NCBI GenBank assembly: GCA_963708075.1
Contig: OY970194.1
Coordinates: forward strand, 224,001 to 288,000
Length of the DNA stretch: 64,000 nucleotides
Direction: 5' to 3'
From: Sedimentisphaerales bacterium
Lineage (GTDB): Bacteria > Planctomycetota > Phycisphaerae > Sedimentisphaerales > Anaerobacaceae
In this document: in pieces, positions 18,289 to 28,109 of the stretch
Layout: each line of letters starts with the position of its first letter
Numbering within the stretch: the stretch's first letter is position 1
Program-made: the position numbers and the translations under genes
Notes under the pieces: model-generated
What the model was told of the DNA's origin: nothing
The model's input: the letters and a program-made list of their open reading frames with translations, nothing else
The model's database searches: none

Positions 18289-18948
18289 CTAACGCCTGTT
18301 GGTCCTTTCCGGCTGCTCCTCCGCGATCCCCCGGATGCGGGGATCGTCTTGTTTGATCGTCATCCTGACCCATTCTTCGGTGTCGAGGCCGAAGTGCTCC
18401 ATGCAGGCTACCAGCAGGTAATTCACCGCCTCACGAAGCTCCGGATGATTGGCGCCCGTCAGCGCCTCGCCGAACCAGACCACGTTGGTCTCATGGAGGG
18501 CGGCCCCGTCCTTCGTGTAGAGCTTCATTCTGAGCCAGTGGGCGTAGACCGTATCGACGTAGGGCACATACGTCGTGTATCCGCCGAACCCGTGACCGTA
18601 GTATCCGCCAAACCCGCCGTAGAAGCCGCCGTATGGCCGGTAGATCGGCGTGAAGTCCACCACCTGGCTCGAGTTGAAGCCCGCATCGAACGTGAGCAGG
18701 TAATTGGCGCGATCAACGGTCGCGACGGGAGTGTACCCGTAGCCCTGAAGCAGCTCGTCGATCTTCGCCGCGATCTGCCTCCTGAGAATCGGATTGCCCG
18801 CGTTCGGGTCTTCGACGACATACACCGACGCGCCCTGGGTCACGGGCCGGTTCGGATCGGCAAACGCATTCACGTTCACCCTGTAGCTCGGGGTGCAGCC
18901 TGCCATGCCGGCGGCAGCAACCGCCAGGATGATCCACCACGTTTTCAT
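18289..18948 (-). CDS. Lipoprotein, DUF4136-like
   Basis: MAGC lipobox, Gly/Tyr-rich insert, VVWFGEA. Confidence 0.7.
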   Translation of the reverse strand: MKTWWIILAVAAAGMAGCTPSYRVNVNAFADPNRPVTQGASVYVVEDPNAGNPILRRQIAAKIDELLQGYGYTPVATVDRANYLLTFDAGFNSSQVVDFTPIYRPYGGFYGGFGGYYGHGFGGYTTYVPYVDTVYAHWLRMKLYTKDGAALHETNVVWFGEALTGANHPELREAVNYLLVACMEHFGLDTEEWVRMTIKQDDPRIRGIAEEQPERTNRR

Positions 18949-19216
18949 CGCAGCCCCTTTCGCAAAAGCCGGTCTTTGCCTGTCTCTCATGCCTGCCATG
19001 ATTTACACGGAAATGGGCGTTATTGCCATGAGAAATATCCGTGTTTGCACCGGCGCGACAACTAAGCAAAACCCGCATCATGTATAGGTGTCAATCGCAA
19101 CCGCAGGGGTCTTTGCCGCTTCGTAGAAATAGTAAGGCAAAGAGAAAGGCCTGCGAATAAGCGTTTGCAGGCCGTAGCTACAAACGTTTACAGGTAAACG
19201 ATTAAGGAGCTATACC

Positions 19217-20590
19217 ATGAAAACGCAATGGGGAAGGTTGGCCTTGACGGCGATTCTCTCGCTATCCCTGGTAGCTGGAATTGCTGTGGCCAATGAGAAT
19301 CCATACACCGACCAGCCGACGAGCCAGACGACGCAGTTTCAGCCGAAACTTGAAAAAGCGAACGAGCTGATCGGTGCCAAGGTGATCAACAGCCAGGGAG
19401 AACGTCTCGGAACCGTTGAGGACATCGTCTTGACGCCTCATCGCGATGCAATCAGCTACGTAGCGCTGTCCCGCGGCGGCGTTCTGGGTATTGGCGACAA
19501 GCTCTACGCCGTTCCGTGGTCTGCATTTGAGGCGAGACCTCAGGAGCACGCCCTGGTCCTGAATATCAAGGAGGACTATTTCAAGACGGCCAAGAGCTTC
19601 GACAAGGGCAACTGGCCGAGTGTGGCTGACCGGAGCTGGCTCGAAGCGGCCGGCGAACGCCATGAGTACGGCGAGGAGCCGCGAGGCGAAGCTGATGAAC
19701 CCATGAGTGCTGAGCGGCCATCAACGCCACAGGCGATGGAACGCATGGGGCCGACTACTCCCAGCGATGAGGCAGCTATGCCAACTGCCAGCATCAAGTA
19801 CAGACGGCTGACCGAGCTGATCGGCACGACCATCAAGAACCCTGCCGGTACCGAACTCGGCGAGCTGGACAATGTTGTTTTCGACGTTCAACAGGGCAAG
19901 GTAGCCTATGGTATTCTGTCGGTGAGCAGCGGCTTCCTGGGTATGAACAAGAAGCTGGCCGCCATTCCGTGGTCGTCGATTGAGATCAACGAGCGTCAGG
20001 GAGTGGCAATGCTGAACGCGGACAAGGAAACACTCCAGGCGATTGCTTTCGACGAGAACAATTTCCCGAACCTTGCGGACGCCCAGTACAGCCAGGACCT
20101 CCACCAGCGGTTCAACGCCCGACCTTATTGGGAAGCGCTCGGGTATGTTCCGGGTGAGCCGCGGGCTCGTGACATGATGTCGCCCCGGGCCCCAAGCCGT
20201 GAGTACACCGGAATCCCCGGCAGCGAGTACAACAAGATGTACAATCCCAATGAGGTGAAGACGCTGCACGGCACGATTGAGAGCGTGGGAACCTTCAACA
20301 TGGAGGGTGCACCTGAGGGGACGCCCGTCAGCGGAGTGCGTCTGCGTATTCGCACCGATGACGGCAATCTGGTGACGGTCTATACCGGGCCTCGGTCTTA
20401 TCTGGAAAGCCGCAACACATGGTTCCATCATGGCGACGAGGTTACGGTCACGGGGTCTGAGGCCAAGGTCGGCTGGCGCGACGTGATTCTGGCCGCACAA
20501 ATCAAGAAGGGCGACCAGACACTCGACCTGCGATCCAAGGAAGGCAGACCACTTTGGAATATGGAGGAATCCAGAAGTGCCAATAGGTAG
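19217..20590 (+). CDS. Secreted protein with two PRC-barrel domains and a C-terminal OB-fold-like domain
   Basis: ELIGAKVINSQGERLGTVEDI...GGVLGIGDKLYAVPWSA, and a second copy ELIGTTIKNPAGTELG...AIPWS. Confidence 0.85.
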   Translation: MKTQWGRLALTAILSLSLVAGIAVANENPYTDQPTSQTTQFQPKLEKANELIGAKVINSQGERLGTVEDIVLTPHRDAISYVALSRGGVLGIGDKLYAVPWSAFEARPQEHALVLNIKEDYFKTAKSFDKGNWPSVADRSWLEAAGERHEYGEEPRGEADEPMSAERPSTPQAMERMGPTTPSDEAAMPTASIKYRRLTELIGTTIKNPAGTELGELDNVVFDVQQGKVAYGILSVSSGFLGMNKKLAAIPWSSIEINERQGVAMLNADKETLQAIAFDENNFPNLADAQYSQDLHQRFNARPYWEALGYVPGEPRARDMMSPRAPSREYTGIPGSEYNKMYNPNEVKTLHGTIESVGTFNMEGAPEGTPVSGVRLRIRTDDGNLVTVYTGPRSYLESRNTWFHHGDEVTVTGSEAKVGWRDVILAAQIKKGDQTLDLRSKEGRPLWNMEESRSANR

Positions 20591-20711
20591 TGTTGTTAGC
20601 CGGCCGGCGCTTGCAGCGATCGGCTGGTAAGTTTTATTGAGGTTACAGTGGTGAGCAGCCGGGCGGCGATCCCAGCAAGGACGCCGCCCGGTATTATTTT
20701 GTGAGTCGGAG

Positions 20712-21338
20712 TTACAGGGCTTCCAGGAGGAGGTATCCCGCTCCCGCTAATGCACCGACGCCGAGAAGGATAGTGCCGAAAACAATGAAGATGGCCAGCG
20801 GATTATCGTCAATCAACCCCGTCCAAATCCATTGCCGCACGGACATCTCGTACGTCGGCGGTGTTAGTCGCTGAGCGGGCAGTGTCGGGGAGATCACGAC
20901 GGCGCGAGGGGGACTCTGGCGGCGTGGAGAGGCAGCGGGCTTGCGCACCACAGCACGAGGAGTTCGTCCTCGCCCGGTCGGCTGTTGGGGCCGGCGCGGC
21001 GGGCGTTTGGGCGCTGCCTCGCGAGGAGCGCAACCGACTCCCGCGGTTGCGACGGCCGCGGGCGGGAGCTTGATCTCCACATCGAGTGACGTATGCCCCT
21101 GGCTGGTGTGCCCCGGCCGCGTGGATCCGGCTTTGCGTTGGGCGCGGGTAGAGCGCCTTTCGCCTGTCACCGAGCCAGCTGCTACGGCCAAACCGGTGAG
21201 GTCGGCCACCTTCAGCAGCCGGCTGGAGCCATCGCGGAATTCTCGAAGGATGCCGTCATTGAGCATGGCCTCAATTTGGGCCTCTGTCGTCTCGAGCTTA
21301 TCCGCTGCCTGTTTCAGCGTACAAAACATCTGAGCCAT
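20712..21338 (-). CDS. Excisionase-like HTH protein with low-complexity linker and C-terminal TM helix
   Basis: FCTLKQAADKL...GILREFRDGSSRLLK; hydrophobic C-terminus. Confidence 0.7.
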   Translation of the reverse strand: MAQMFCTLKQAADKLETTEAQIEAMLNDGILREFRDGSSRLLKVADLTGLAVAAGSVTGERRSTRAQRKAGSTRPGHTSQGHTSLDVEIKLPPAAVATAGVGCAPREAAPKRPPRRPQQPTGRGRTPRAVVRKPAASPRRQSPPRAVVISPTLPAQRLTPPTYEMSVRQWIWTGLIDDNPLAIFIVFGTILLGVGALAGAGYLLLEAL

Positions 21339-21924
21339 CGATGTCTCTCCTGTCGCGTAGATCTATTCCCTGTGTTCCACCTTCTGCGCCGTGTGATTGC
21401 GAAGGCTGTTGTTGCGTTGCCAGCCGCAGGTCGTCCAGGCAGCCCCGGCACAGGTGCTGGCCGGAGTCGATGGCTTGCAGCTCGGACTGAGGAACGGACC
21501 GGCCGCAGCATTCACAGGGCACTGTCTGCGTCAACTGATCGCGCAAGCTGTTCAGCCTGGCCTCCAACTGCAGTCTCCCGGCCGTCTCCGCCTCCGCCCT
21601 GGCTTCGGCAGTAGCGATCACGTCCCTCAATGTCCTGGTCTTCTCACGGAACTGCAGCCTCAACCGCTGTATGCGCGCCGCCTGCTCGACTGTGGCTGCC
21701 GCCTTGGCTTCCGCTCGCACCGCCTCCTGCCACAGACGAAAGGCGATCTCTTCGGCGAGCTGCCGGTCCATGGTTGCACATCGGGCACCTTCCGGCTTGA
21801 GCGCACGGTTGCGAGAGGACTTCTCCCCGGGCAACTGCACGCTCCACCACCAGCGGGCCTGCTTGCGAAAAAGCCTGCCGGGCAGTCTGGCATGAGGAGA
21901 CTCGTTTGTCGTCTTGCGATTCAT
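21298..21924 (-). CDS. Hypothetical protein: putative DNA-binding N-terminus, coiled coil, CxxC-CxxC zinc ribbon
   Basis: GRLFRKQARWWWSVQLPGE; CECCG...LCRGC. Confidence 0.65.
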   Translation of the reverse strand: MNRKTTNESPHARLPGRLFRKQARWWWSVQLPGEKSSRNRALKPEGARCATMDRQLAEEIAFRLWQEAVRAEAKAAATVEQAARIQRLRLQFREKTRTLRDVIATAEARAEAETAGRLQLEARLNSLRDQLTQTVPCECCGRSVPQSELQAIDSGQHLCRGCLDDLRLATQQQPSQSHGAEGGTQGIDLRDRRDIDGSDVLYAETGSG

Positions 21925-22155
21925 CCGGTGCTCGAGTACAGCGTTTGACCGTCAGGTCCTGTTCTATCGGGATCATCCCTGCCACTCACGATTTCCCGCA
22001 CATTGGCGGCAATGTCGGGCTTCCATTATTTCTCGGCAGTCGGTGGGCCCGGATAAAGCAAAAAACAGAAAGAGCCCGCTAATCGTCGCTAAGGGAGCAC
22101 CCGATATACGTCCACGTGCCGCGAACCGGGATGCAGAGCCGGCGATGACGACGTA

Positions 22156-22941
22156 TTACATTGGCGGAGAGACCGGTAATCCGTGAGGACTCCAATCGAT
22201 TAGCCGGATGTCCCTGTCGAAGTCTTGGCTTGTGGCGATGAGCCGGCCTGTCTGGCCGGCCGCGACACTATGACCGCCGTAGGTCCAACCCGTCCAAGGG
22301 CCGTGTGTAATCTGGCCGATCAGGTTCGTGCCGACCACCGGGGCTCCGATGACCTTGGCCGCATGCGTGACGACGCGCTCGAGTTCCTTGCCGTGCTCGG
22401 GCCAGGCGTGCTCCTGCGCCGCGTAGCCGTAGGGCACAAGGACCAGATCGGGTCGCAGGTCCGCCATCCGCTGCAGGACATCCTCCACGTGCGTGTCGGC
22501 GCAGATCAGTATGCCAATCTTCCCGAATCGCGTTTGCACCGCACGGACCTCGTGTCCCGGCGAATAGGGGGGCGTCATCAGCCACTCCAGCAGGTTCATC
22601 TTTCGGTGTTTCAAAAGAACGCGCCCTTTGTCGTCGATCAGCAGGGCCGAATCGTAGAGCCGTTCGCCGTCCTTCTCCTCCAGGCCAACACAGAGATGCA
22701 ACCCATGTTCGCGGGCCAGCTCGCACAGCCGTTGAGAATCCTCGCCTGGAATGGGATGTGCCCTGTGGTGAGCGTCCGGATTCACCCATCCGTAGATCGC
22801 GGTCTCCGGCAGGCACGCAACATCTGCGCCGGCCTGCTTGGCCTCATGCACGGCGTTCCCGATCCTCGCCAGGTTGCCTCGACGATCGCCGTCCAGGCAG
22901 AGGATCTGGCACATGGCCACCCGTATTGCATTCGCTTTCAT
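22156..22941 (-). CDS. Carbon-nitrogen hydrolase (nitrilase superfamily)
   Basis: Catalytic E-K-C motifs LPE, HRK, ICAD; start at MKANAIRVAMCQ. Confidence 0.9.
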   Translation of the reverse strand: MKANAIRVAMCQILCLDGDRRGNLARIGNAVHEAKQAGADVACLPETAIYGWVNPDAHHRAHPIPGEDSQRLCELAREHGLHLCVGLEEKDGERLYDSALLIDDKGRVLLKHRKMNLLEWLMTPPYSPGHEVRAVQTRFGKIGILICADTHVEDVLQRMADLRPDLVLVPYGYAAQEHAWPEHGKELERVVTHAAKVIGAPVVGTNLIGQITHGPWTGWTYGGHSVAAGQTGRLIATSQDFDRDIRLIDWSPHGLPVSPPM

Positions 22942-23058
22942 CCCGTGTTGCCTCTCATGACCACTTGCCACTTTTTGCCTCTGAACGGTTGCTTTCGCGC
23001 GATTCCCGGCGTAGACTTCTACCGTTAGATACTGCATGAATAGCAGGGAATAGCGACG

Positions 23059-24261
23059 ATGAAAAGGAAATCCTTTCGCATCCTGGTCGTATGTGCAGCC
23101 GTGTGCATAGTCGCGGCTGTGGTTGTGTCCCTGATGCGCAAGACGCCCGTTCGCTATCAGGTCACGTTCCTGCCTTCTCTGGGCGGCTTTCGCACCGATC
23201 CTTATTGCATCAACGATCGCGGCCAGGTGGTCGGGACTGCGGAGACCCCGGCGCGAGGCATCTACATGTTCCTGTGGGACAAGGAGCAGGGGTTCCGCGT
23301 TCTCGAACGGTGGGATGATCCGCCTCATTCCGGCGGGCTGAGCATCAACATCGTCGGACAGATCGTCGGCACCATGGCCGATCCGAACGGCAATCAACAG
23401 GCCTTTCTCCGTGACCCGGACGGCAGCACACGATTGCTCGGCACCCTCGGCGGCAGGCAAAGCGGGGCCGATGCCATCAATAGCAGGGGACAGGTCGTCG
23501 GCAGCGCCGAAGTGCCGGACCGGAACCGGCATGCGTTCCTCTGGGACGTCATCCACGGAATGCGCGACCTGGGCACTCTTGGCGGACCCGGCAGCCATGC
23601 ATTAAGCATCAACAATGCCGGGCAGATCGTCGGTTTCGCCCAGACGGCCGACAACGCCACCCACATGGTCGTATGGGAACCGATCTCTGAGAGCGAAGGG
23701 CAGGAGACCTCGGCTGATGCCGGCTCGAATCCGTCGTCCGCAGCGTCCAACTCTCCGCCGGGGAATGTCTCCGGCCGGCACTCGTCAGGCTACAGGATGA
23801 CTGACCTCGGTTATGGAGGCATCGGCCCGTTCACAATCGAGATCAACGATCACGGGCTGGCGGTCCGGCGGTTCGGCAAGACAAGCGGGAAGACTTACTT
23901 CATGACCTGGACCCAGGCCACGGGCTCCAAGACGCTGGATTTCGTCATCGATTCCGCCTGGCCGTGCGGACTGAACGAGAATAACCAGTTTCTCATTCGC
24001 GCCAGGGCCACGGGCTGGAGGATGTTTGGCCGGACCTTCAATCGCCGTCACCAGTGCTATTTCTGGGATCCCAACGACGGCCCGGTGCTGCTGGAGCGAC
24101 ATCTACCGGTGAAGGACATCGTGTATTTCGTAGTCAGAGAGCTCAACAATCACGGGCAGATCGTCGGAGTGCTGCAAACGAAGGACACCGATCAGGTCCG
24201 AGGGGTCTTGCTTGAGAAGATAGAAGGTAGAAAGATGGAAGGTAAGAAGGTGGGAAGGTGA
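23059..24261 (+). CDS. HAF-repeat extracellular protein
   Basis: Repeats of INxxGQVVG...HAFLW...DLGTLGG; N-terminal anchor. Confidence 0.85.
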   Translation: MKRKSFRILVVCAAVCIVAAVVVSLMRKTPVRYQVTFLPSLGGFRTDPYCINDRGQVVGTAETPARGIYMFLWDKEQGFRVLERWDDPPHSGGLSINIVGQIVGTMADPNGNQQAFLRDPDGSTRLLGTLGGRQSGADAINSRGQVVGSAEVPDRNRHAFLWDVIHGMRDLGTLGGPGSHALSINNAGQIVGFAQTADNATHMVVWEPISESEGQETSADAGSNPSSAASNSPPGNVSGRHSSGYRMTDLGYGGIGPFTIEINDHGLAVRRFGKTSGKTYFMTWTQATGSKTLDFVIDSAWPCGLNENNQFLIRARATGWRMFGRTFNRRHQCYFWDPNDGPVLLERHLPVKDIVYFVVRELNNHGQIVGVLQTKDTDQVRGVLLEKIEGRKMEGKKVGR

Positions 24262-24322
24262 GAAGGGAAGATCTTTGCCTTGTCTCTCCTACCTTCTTAC
24301 CCTCTCGGTCCTCTGCCGGCAG

Positions 24323-25009
24323 TCATGTGTCTTGGGGCGGCTCAAATTTGTAGCCAATCTCACGGACGGTGTGGATGAACATTGGATTGTGCGGGTCCGG
24401 CTCGATCTTGTTGCGCAAGGTTGTGACGAAGCGGTCGATGCTGCGTGAGCCGACGAAGGAGTCGTAGCCCCAGACGAGATTGAGGATTTCGTCGCGCGTC
24501 AGGGCCCGGCCGGGCTTTTTCACGAACAGCTCCAGCAGGCGGAACTCCTTGGGCGACAGCTTGATCTCTTCGTCCTTCCGGGTGAACCGGCGGGCGGGGA
24601 TATCCAGGCGGCAGTCGCCGAATTCATAAACCTCCTGCTCTGTCTTTCGTGTGCGGCGAAGCATCGCTTCGGCCCGGGCCAGGAGCTCCTTGATGCTGAA
24701 CGGCTTGGTGACGTAGTCGTCGGCCCCGAGGTTCAGGCCGAGGATGATGTCCGATTCCTCGCCCTTGGCCGTGAGCATGATAATGGGCATGTCCAGCTTC
24801 TCCCGGCGAACGAGCCGGCAGACCTCGTAGCCGTTGATCTTCGGCAGCATGATGTCGAGCAGGATCAGGTCCGGCTTGGCGTTCAGGGCGGTGTTGAGAC
24901 CCTCCTCGCCGTCTTCCGCGGTCAGAACGTGGTAGCCGTGGAACTCGAAATTGTCCTTGAGACCCCGAAGCATCGTCGGGTCGTCTTCAACGATGAGCAC
25001 TGTTTCCAT
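24323..25009 (-). CDS. OmpR-family response regulator
   Basis: IVEDD, LLDIMLP, GADDYVTKPF, winged helix ending HTVREIGYKF. Confidence 0.95.
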   Translation of the reverse strand: METVLIVEDDPTMLRGLKDNFEFHGYHVLTAEDGEEGLNTALNAKPDLILLDIMLPKINGYEVCRLVRREKLDMPIIMLTAKGEESDIILGLNLGADDYVTKPFSIKELLARAEAMLRRTRKTEQEVYEFGDCRLDIPARRFTRKDEEIKLSPKEFRLLELFVKKPGRALTRDEILNLVWGYDSFVGSRSIDRFVTTLRNKIEPDPHNPMFIHTVREIGYKFEPPQDT

Positions 25010-25126
25010 GGGCAAGTGGGAAGTTTGAAGTGTGATGTGTGAAGTCGGAGGTTTCACACTTCATATAGGCAACTTCAAACTTCAGGCTCCAGATTTCTTG
25101 TGACTTCAAACATCAAACATCAAACG

Positions 25127-25801
25127 TCAGACTTCAAACTTATACCCGATACTCGGGATCGCGTGAATGAACTGCGGCTGGCGGGGGTCGGGCTCGACCT
25201 TGCCCCGCAGGCTGTCGATGGCCTTCTCGATGTCTCGCAGGGAGATGAAGTGCGAGTAGCCCCAGACGGCGGTGCGGATCTCGTCCTGGGTGAGGGGGCA
25301 GCCGGACTTCTGCAGGAACAGATGGAGCATTTTGAACTCGCCGGGCGTGAGCTCGACCTCCTTGCCGCCGCGACGCAAGCACCGGCCCGCGACGTCCAGT
25401 TGGCAGTCGCCGAACTCATAGACGGGCGGCTCCGACTCCTTGCGGCGACGCATAAACGCCTCGGCCCGCGCCATCAGCTCCTTGATGCTGAACGGCTTGG
25501 TCACGTAGTCGTCGGCCCCGAGGTTCAGGCCGAGCACGATGTCCGACTCCTGGTCCTTCGCCGTGAGCATGATGATCGGCATCTCCAGGCCGTGCTCCCG
25601 CACGTGCGAGCAGACCTCGTAGCCGTTGATCTCGGGCAGCATGATGTCCAGCAGGATCAGGTCGGGCTTCTCCTTCAACGCCGTCTCCAGGCCCTGCTTG
25701 CCGTCGATGGCCGTGAGGACGTAGTAGCCCTTCATCTCGAAGTTGTCTTTCAGCCCCCGCAGCATCGCAGGGTCGTCCTCGACAATCAGCACTGTTCGCA
25801 T
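25127..25801 (-). CDS. OmpR-family response regulator (tandem paralog)
   Basis: Same motifs; receiver domain very similar to its neighbour's. Confidence 0.95.
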   Translation of the reverse strand: MRTVLIVEDDPAMLRGLKDNFEMKGYYVLTAIDGKQGLETALKEKPDLILLDIMLPEINGYEVCSHVREHGLEMPIIMLTAKDQESDIVLGLNLGADDYVTKPFSIKELMARAEAFMRRRKESEPPVYEFGDCQLDVAGRCLRRGGKEVELTPGEFKMLHLFLQKSGCPLTQDEIRTAVWGYSHFISLRDIEKAIDSLRGKVEPDPRQPQFIHAIPSIGYKFEV

Positions 25802-26183
25802 ACCCGACCTTACCCAAGGCGTCTTATCCTGACCCGCCGGCCCTCGGCCGTACGAACCTCATACGATAGCCTCAACGGCCCACGCCTGTCAAATACAACC
25901 GTCCAACGAGCAGTTCAGGCCCGGCTTGCCTCATGCATGGTAATGCCCGCGGAGACGCAAGATGTACGTGTTTAGCCTGGACGCGCCCAGTCCTGGGTGG
26001 CACGGGCAAACTTGTTTGCCCGTGGGGTCTCGATTGACCAGACTCGGTCGAATGAGCACCGTCAAACGAGTTTGGCGGTGCCACCCGGCGAACGGCGCGC
26101 TTCACGCTAAACACGTACCGCAAGATATTGCGTCTCTACACGCGGCCCCTGCGGTTGGCGTCGTTCGGGACGGCGAGCCTGAC

Positions 26184-26391
26184 TCAATTCAGCGACGGCT
26201 CGTCCAGCGTGTCCAGGCCCATGATGGCCTCGTCCATGAACACCCGCCGGCCGGCGAGGGTATCGGTCGCTGCATAGACGCCTCCGCGCTTTGGGGTCAT
26301 AACAGGCGTACCACGTGTAGTGTCGCAGCCATTCGTAATCCTCGTCGTCCACCATCGCGTTCTGTCCGTTGCCCAATGGGATCAGCTTCAT
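26184..26391 (-). pseudogene. Short frameshifted paralog of the pre-HNH domain of the adjacent gene
   Basis: MKLIPLGNGQNAMVDDEDYEWLRHYTWY, frameshift near 26280, then VYAATDTLAGRRVFMDEAIMG; aligns by eye to RRVPLSHGLFATVDAADY...VYAQTVIRGRHVLMHRFLL. Confidence 0.6.
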
Positions 26392-26418
26392 GGTTCTTCT
26401 ACCTCCTTCTTGGTTTAG

Positions 26419-26602
26419 GGCTTCCGGAAGAAACTTCCAGGAGGGCCTACTTAGAAGGAGAAGAAACACGCCTTTCGTTTCTTCTCCTTCGCGGCGCTTC
26501 GCCGCGCGCCGGGACCTGGGCAGGCCCTGCCTGTTCCTGCCAAATCCAAACGGCGGGATTTGGCGGAACAATAGGCCCTCCTGGAAGTTTTTTCCGGAAG
26601 CC
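26419..26602. mobile_element. MITE-like element with 31-bp terminal inverted repeats
   Basis: GGCTTCCGGAAGAAACTTCCAGGAGGGCCTA (26419-26449) matches the reverse complement of 26572-26602 at 30/31; two internal hairpins. Confidence 0.6.
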
Positions 26603-27580
26603 ATTAGCTTTCGCGCGGACCCGATGGCCAACGCCGTTCTTGTCAAAGGTCCAATCCTCCGGAAAGTTGAGATAGGCGTAGGGGCCGTGGAGCTCGACCG
26701 CCTTGCGGTCCCGAGCCTTGGCCGCCTCGACCTCATCGGTGTAAGACCCGAGATGATACTTTTTGCCGCGATGCCGGATCTCCGCGTACCAGCGATTTCT
26801 CCGCCGCCAGACACCCACGAACCGCGACGCTCCGCCGCGTGGCCCGCGGTTGGCCATGTTCTGCCCCGCCGTGCACTCGCGCAGGTTGCGCCGGCAGTTG
26901 TTCAAGCCGTTACCGTCGATGTGGTCCACCTGGTAGCCCCGGCGCGGCCTCAGGAGAAAACGGTGCATCAGCACGTGCCGGCCGCGGATCACAGTCTGCG
27001 CGTAGACTTTGACGCCCACGCGCAGGACCGACCATTTGTACTTGCTGATCTCGGCGTAGTCGGCGGCATCGACTGTGGCGAACAGGCCATGCGACAGCGG
27101 GACGCGGCGGACGCCTTTCTGACGTTTTGGCCGCCACGGTGGCCGCTCGGCGGGCTTCGCGCGGGCACGCCGCCAGCATTTGGGTTTGAAATTCCGGCAC
27201 GTGTCGGTCCCCAGGACCTCGATCATCTCGCCAGGACGGGCCGCGTGATTGGTGCACAGCAGGGGAGTGTCCTGCCGTAGCCACCGGTCGCGTATTCGGC
27301 GGGACTCGGGCTGTGAAAAGCCGTACCGACACAGCAGGCACTTGCCCTCGAACAGGATTCCATAGATTCGCTTCCATCGTTCGCCCCGGTATTGCGGCGG
27401 CCAGACATCGCTCTCCGGCGGCGGCACCCGCAGCCGTCGAAGCCGACGCCCCCGACATCCCTCCGGCGGCCGCCCCCGCGGATCGCACGGCTCTTCCGGC
27501 CGTGCCCGTGTGACTTCCCGCCTGCCTGCTTTTGCCCTCTTCCCCTTTGCTTCCCGCTTCTGTCCCTTCCGCGTCTTCAT
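26447..27580 (-). CDS. HNH endonuclease with AP2 DNA-binding domain and Cys-rich N-terminal domain
   Basis: VDHIDGNGLNNCRRNLR (HNH); SRFVGV...WYAEI...HLGSY..EAAKARDRKAVELHG..AYLNFP (AP2); CLLC...CTNH...CRNF. Confidence 0.9.
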   Translation of the reverse strand: MKTRKGQKREAKGKRAKAGRREVTRARPEEPCDPRGRPPEGCRGRRLRRLRVPPPESDVWPPQYRGERWKRIYGILFEGKCLLCRYGFSQPESRRIRDRWLRQDTPLLCTNHAARPGEMIEVLGTDTCRNFKPKCWRRARAKPAERPPWRPKRQKGVRRVPLSHGLFATVDAADYAEISKYKWSVLRVGVKVYAQTVIRGRHVLMHRFLLRPRRGYQVDHIDGNGLNNCRRNLRECTAGQNMANRGPRGGASRFVGVWRRRNRWYAEIRHRGKKYHLGSYTDEVEAAKARDRKAVELHGPYAYLNFPEDWTFDKNGVGHRVRAKANGFRKKLPGGPIVPPNPAVWIWQEQAGPAQVPARGEAPRRRRNERRVSSPSK

Positions 27581-27636
27581 TGCGCTCCCCTTCCATCAAA
27601 AAGTCCGAAGCACGGCATCCGAGTTTTCCTATGCAT

Positions 27637-27665
27637 ATGATATAATGACCAGTCGCCTCCGTCAA
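27637..27665 (-). promoter_or_regulatory. Putative sigma70 promoter of the HNH-AP2 gene
   Basis: TTGACG-17 nt-TATCAT on the minus strand. Confidence 0.55.
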
Positions 27666-27799
27666 GATAAATAATCGCCAAATATCCAAATTTTGTTGCG
27701 TGCTAAACCTCTATCCCATCAAGACTAAGGAGAGCCGAAGAGAAAAATGTCGCGGCGTGACCTGGGGTGGCAGCCCGAGCCCGCAGCGCGACAGAGAAT

Positions 27800-28071
27800 A
27801 GCCCAGCGATTGATCGCTGGGAAACCGGACCCGGGATGGAACCAGTCCCGTAAGGGACGAAAGAGGTGGTTCTGTCCACCGAACGAGTCGCCGCGGGCCA
27901 AGCCAATAGTATGGCATCGGGAAGACTGGTTGTCCGGTGACAGATGAGATAGGGAATTGACTATGGTGTCTCGCGATTGGCCCGATTGTGATTGCCAAAA
28001 GAATGTGAAATATGTAGGTGTGACCCCCTATCCGCCCGTGATGGAACCAGTCCCGTAAGGGACAAAAGAGG
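27800..28071. repeat. REP-like hairpins with a 32-bp direct repeat
   Basis: CCCAGCGATTGATCGCTGGG; GATGGAACCAGTCCCGTAAGGGACRAAAGAGG at 27835 and 28040. Confidence 0.65.
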
Positions 28072-28109
28072 GCCGATATCCGCGTCTTCTCGTTTTTCGC
28101 TAATAGGCT

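Noticed and set aside
22942..23598. N-terminal half of the 480-aa ORF 22156-23598
   Set aside because: It is the antisense shadow of the HAF gene; the nitrilase domain begins at 22941.
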